From Synechococcus sp. A15-28 (GTDB taxonomy: Bacteria; Cyanobacteriota; Cyanobacteriia; PCC-6307; Cyanobiaceae), in the NCBI RefSeq assembly GCF_014280175.1, contig NZ_CP047931.1:1440001-1472000 (forward strand): a DNA stretch of 32,000 bases, written 5' to 3'. The notes below the pieces were generated by a model that was not told the origin of the DNA, ran no database searches, and saw nothing but the letters and a program-made list of their open reading frames with translations. This document shows positions 28,734-32,000 of the stretch, piece after piece. Numbering within the stretch: the first letter of the stretch is position 1; each line of letters starts with the position of its first letter. The translations under genes and the position numbers were made by a program.

Positions 28734-30554
28734 TTAAGCTGATCCACCATCATTCAGCTTCAACACAGCCATGAAGGCCTCCTGCGGTACATCTACCTTG
28801 CCCATCGCCTTCATTCGCTTCTTGCCCTTGGCCTGTTTCTTCAGCAGTTTCTTCTTCCGTGATATATCGCCGCCATAACACTTGGCGAGCACATCCTTAC
28901 GGATGGCACTAATGCTGGTGGAGGCAATGATTCGGCTACCAATCGAAGCCTGAATGGGGATCTTGAACTGCTGGCGGGGGATCAGCTCCTTCAGTTTCTC
29001 CACCAGGGCCTTACCCACGTTGTAGGCCTTGTCTTGATGAACAATCGTGGTGAGGGCATCAGCCCGATCGCCGTTGATCAACACATCGAGGCGTACCAGC
29101 TGGTTCTTGCGGTAGCCGATCAGGCTGTATTCCATCGAGGCGTAGCCTTGGGTGCGCGTCTTCATCTGATCGAAGAAATCGGTCACCACCTCCGCCAGCG
29201 GTAACTCGTAGATCAACGTCACCCGATCGGTGGTGATGTATTTCATGTCGATGTACTCCCCGCGCCGTTCCTGACAGAGGCCCATCAGGGCACCGTTGTA
29301 CTCATTCGGCGCATAAATCTCCATCTTCACGTAGGGCTCTTCGATCGACTCACGCTTCTGCGGATCGGGAAGGGTGGCGGGGTTATCCACCATCTCCTCA
29401 CTGCCATCGACCATATTCACCTTGTAAATCACCGACGGCGCGGTGACGATCAGATCCAGGTCGTACTCACGCTCCAGCCGCTCCTGCACGATCTCCATGT
29501 GCAGCAGGCCAAGGAAGCCGCAGCGGAAGCCGAAGCCCATGGCGCTGCTGGTTTCCGGCTCGTACTTCAGCGCCGCATCCGAGAGCTGCAGCTTGTCGAG
29601 CGCATCGCGCAGATCGGGGTACTGGTCGGCTTCGGTGGGGAACAGGCCGCAGAACACCATCGGCTTGGCCTCGGTGTATCCGGGCAACGGCTCCTCCGCC
29701 GGTGCGTTCAGCAGGGTGATCGTGTCGCCCACACGGGCATCTGCCACCGCCTTGATCGACGCCGCCAGGTAGCCCACCTCACCGGCGTGGAGCTCGTCCA
29801 CTTTCTTCTGATCCGGCGCCATGATCCCGATCTCGTCGAGCTCATAGGTCTTCTTGCTCGCCATCAGCAGCACCTTGTCCTTGCAGCTGATGCGGCCGCT
29901 CATCACCCGGAAATAAACGATCACGCCCCGGTAGGGGTCGTAATAGGAGTCGAAGATCAGCGCCTTGGTGGGTTCCTCCACCGCATCCTTCGGCGGCGGC
30001 ACCCGGTCCACCACCGCCTGCAGGATCTCGGGCACCCCCAGGCCGGTCTTGGCCGAGCAGGGGATGGCGTTGTCGCAATCGAGGCCGATGATCGCCTCCA
30101 CCTCTTCCTTGATCCGATCGGGATCCGCACCGGGGAGATCGATCTTATTGAGCACCGGGATGATCTCGAGATCGTTGTCCAGGGCCAAGTACACGTTGGC
30201 CAGGGTCTGCGCTTCCACCCCCTGGCTGGCATCCACCACCAGCAGCGCCCCTTCACAGGCCTGCAGGCTGCGGCTCACCTCATAGGAGAAGTCCACGTGG
30301 CCAGGGGTGTCGATCAAGTTGAGGACGTACTCCTCACCATCGGCCGCCTGGAAGTTCATCCGAGCGGCCTGAAGCTTGATCGTGATCCCCCGCTCCCGCT
30401 CCAGATCCATGTTGTCGAGGAACTGGTCCTGCATGTCCCGGTTGGCCACGGTGCCGGTGTCCTGCAGCAGGCGGTCAGCCAGGGTCGACTTGCCGTGGTC
30501 GATGTGGGCAATGATGCAGAAGTTGCGGATCCGTGAGACGGGGGCGTCGGTCAT
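28734..30554 (-). CDS. lepA: Elongation factor 4 (LepA)
   Basis: [81 protein letters not shown]-terminal [44 protein letters not shown]. Confidence 0.99.
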   Translation of the reverse strand: MTDAPVSRIRNFCIIAHIDHGKSTLADRLLQDTGTVANRDMQDQFLDNMDLERERGITIKLQAARMNFQAADGEEYVLNLIDTPGHVDFSYEVSRSLQACEGALLVVDASQGVEAQTLANVYLALDNDLEIIPVLNKIDLPGADPDRIKEEVEAIIGLDCDNAIPCSAKTGLGVPEILQAVVDRVPPPKDAVEEPTKALIFDSYYDPYRGVIVYFRVMSGRISCKDKVLLMASKKTYELDEIGIMAPDQKKVDELHAGEVGYLAASIKAVADARVGDTITLLNAPAEEPLPGYTEAKPMVFCGLFPTEADQYPDLRDALDKLQLSDAALKYEPETSSAMGFGFRCGFLGLLHMEIVQERLEREYDLDLIVTAPSVIYKVNMVDGSEEMVDNPATLPDPQKRESIEEPYVKMEIYAPNEYNGALMGLCQERRGEYIDMKYITTDRVTLIYELPLAEVVTDFFDQMKTRTQGYASMEYSLIGYRKNQLVRLDVLINGDRADALTTIVHQDKAYNVGKALVEKLKELIPRQQFKIPIQASIGSRIIASTSISAIRKDVLAKCYGGDISRKKKLLKKQAKGKKRMKAMGKVDVPQEAFMAVLKLNDGGSA

Positions 30555-30637
30555 GCAGCAGCGGAATCCCGTCTCGGGTCCATGGTTCTTCGTTCTCCCA
30601 ATCCTAAGGAGGGGTCAGCAGTGGCGATGAAGCAGCG

Positions 30638-30964
30638 ATGTCTCTGAGCAATCCCTGGACCCTGCTGTTGCTGGCCATCAGCGCTGAGGTGATCGGCACC
30701 TCCTGCCTGCGGTTATCGGAGGGCATGACCAGGCCCCTGCCCACCCTGCTGGTGTTCAGCGCCTACGCCCTTGCGATGGTCCTGCTCTCCAAGGTGGTGC
30801 TGAGCATTCCCCTGGGAATCACCTATGCCCTGTGGAGTGGCATCGGCACCGTGGTGATCGTGCTGGTGGGTCGCTTCGCATACAGCCAGATGCTGCAGCC
30901 CGCGCAGCTGATCGGCATCGGCCTGATCACCGCCGGTGTGGTGCTGGTGAATCTGGCCAAGTAG
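30638..30964 (+). CDS. Small multidrug resistance (SMR/EmrE family) transporter
   Basis: AISAEVIGTSCLRLSEGMTR...IPLGITYALWSGIGTVVIVLVG...QLIGIGLITAGVVLVNL; about 108 aa, four TM segments. Confidence 0.93.
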   Translation: MSLSNPWTLLLLAISAEVIGTSCLRLSEGMTRPLPTLLVFSAYALAMVLLSKVVLSIPLGITYALWSGIGTVVIVLVGRFAYSQMLQPAQLIGIGLITAGVVLVNLAK

Positions 30965-30967
30965 TCC

Positions 30968-32000
30968 TCAGCCCGTCAGTCCCAGCAGGGCATCGCTGCG
31001 TTGACGCATCGCTATCAGCAGTTCTGGATCCTGGGTCGGGTCGCCGCCGATGCTCGGCAGCAGAGCCTGCAGACGCTCCTGCCAGGGGGCACTCGCCAGC
31101 CGCTCCTTGAAACAACGCTGCAGAACCTCCAGCATGATCGTCACCGACGTACTGGCACCGGGCGAGGCCCCGAGGAGTGCGGCCAGTGAACCGTCGCTGG
31201 AGGCCACCACCTCGGTGCCCAGCTGCAGCCGCCCCCCCTCTTTGCTGCGCTTGATGATCTGCACCCGCTGGCCGGCCACCGACAGGCTCCAGTCCTCCGT
31301 GCGAGCCGTGGGCATGAACTCCTGCAGCGCGTCATGGCGTTGCTCCGGGCTCTGGCGCAGCTGGTTGATCAGGTATTTCACCAGGTCCACATTGGTGGCC
31401 CCCACCTGCAGCATCGGCAGCAGGTTGGTGGGCCGCACCGAGGCCGGCAGATCCAGCAGCGACCCCTGCTTGAGGAATTTGCTGCTGAAGCCGGCGAAAG
31501 GACCGAACAGCAGCGATCGCTTGCCATCGATCCAGCGGGTGTCGAGGTGAGGCACCGACATCGGAGGCGCCCCGACCGCGGCCTTGCCGTAAACCTTGGC
31601 CCGTTGTTTGTCCGCCAGCTGGGCGTCACCGCAGACCAGCCAGAGACCGCTGACGGGGAATCCGGCGAAATCATCCGCCTCCGGAATACCGGAGCGTTGC
31701 AGCAGCGGCAGGGCTCCCCCACCAGCCCCGAGGAACACAAACGGCGCCCGCACCTCCCGCTTGCCGGAGGGGTCCTGCAGGATCACCCGCCAGTCGGCCT
31801 CGGTCATGTCACCTCGGCGCAGGCGCTTGAGATCACGCACCTGGGTGCCGTACTCCACGCTGAGGGCACCGCTGTGCTGCAGCGGATCGAGATAAGCGCG
31901 GGTGAGAGCACCGAAATCCACATCCGTGCCGCGCTCGATCCGGGTGGCCGCCACCGGCTGCTTCAGATCCCTCCCGGCCATCACCAGCGGCATCCACTCG
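30968..32000 (-). CDS. mqo: Malate:quinone oxidoreductase, C-terminal part (gene runs off window)
   Basis: ATRIERGTDVDFGALTRAYL, FVFLGAGGGALPLLQRSGIPE...GFPVSGLWL, GKAAVGAPPMSVPHLDTRWIDGKRSLLFGPFAGFSSKFLKQGS. Confidence 0.95.
   Translation of the reverse strand, partial: EWMPLVMAGRDLKQPVAATRIERGTDVDFGALTRAYLDPLQHSGALSVEYGTQVRDLKRLRRGDMTEADWRVILQDPSGKREVRAPFVFLGAGGGALPLLQRSGIPEADDFAGFPVSGLWLVCGDAQLADKQRAKVYGKAAVGAPPMSVPHLDTRWIDGKRSLLFGPFAGFSSKFLKQGSLLDLPASVRPTNLLPMLQVGATNVDLVKYLINQLRQSPEQRHDALQEFMPTARTEDWSLSVAGQRVQIIKRSKEGGRLQLGTEVVASSDGSLAALLGASPGASTSVTIMLEVLQRCFKERLASAPWQERLQALLPSIGGDPTQDPELLIAMRQRSDALLGLTG

Noticed and set aside
28520-28753. 77-aa minus-strand ORF in the spacer before lepA
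   Set aside because: Weak composition, overlaps the lepA 3' end, no motif; insufficient support for a gene call.
29499-30536. 345-aa plus-strand ORF opposite lepA
   Set aside because: Antisense shadow of lepA, which is fully intact with GTPase motifs.

Overview
The window looks like a stretch of core genome from a marine picocyanobacterium (Synechococcus-like). This assignment rests on gene content and protein motifs only; no database search was run. In order it carries: ftsQ 3' end, ftsZ, a minus-strand SRP 4.5S RNA, panB, hemW, a membrane PIN/TRAM protein, clpR-clpP, ilvC, cobD/cbiB, a sugar transferase, a GT4 glycosyltransferase, tRNA-Ser(CGA), comEC, glyQ, menG/ubiE, hisF, a petP-like gene, chlG, a class A PBP, rsmB, an alkyltransferase-like gene, an FKBP-RTX fusion, a trmH-like gene, an ABC permease, a sensor kinase, a minor-pilin cluster, a pilA plus pilin-like pair, lepA, an SMR transporter and mqo (partial). 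I found no CRISPR array, prophage, transposase or recognisable novel defence system. The strongest unusual observations are: (1) an exact 86-bp tandem duplication, with 4-bp CAGT boundaries, that frameshifts comEC, where removing one unit restores a continuous 580-codon frame; (2) an in-frame amber codon just after the leader and hydrophobic segment of a PilX-like prepilin; (3) an FKBP-type PPIase fused to an RTX/serralysin-like C-terminus, suggesting a secreted isomerase; (4) an AT-richer pilA plus leaderless pilin-like pair.
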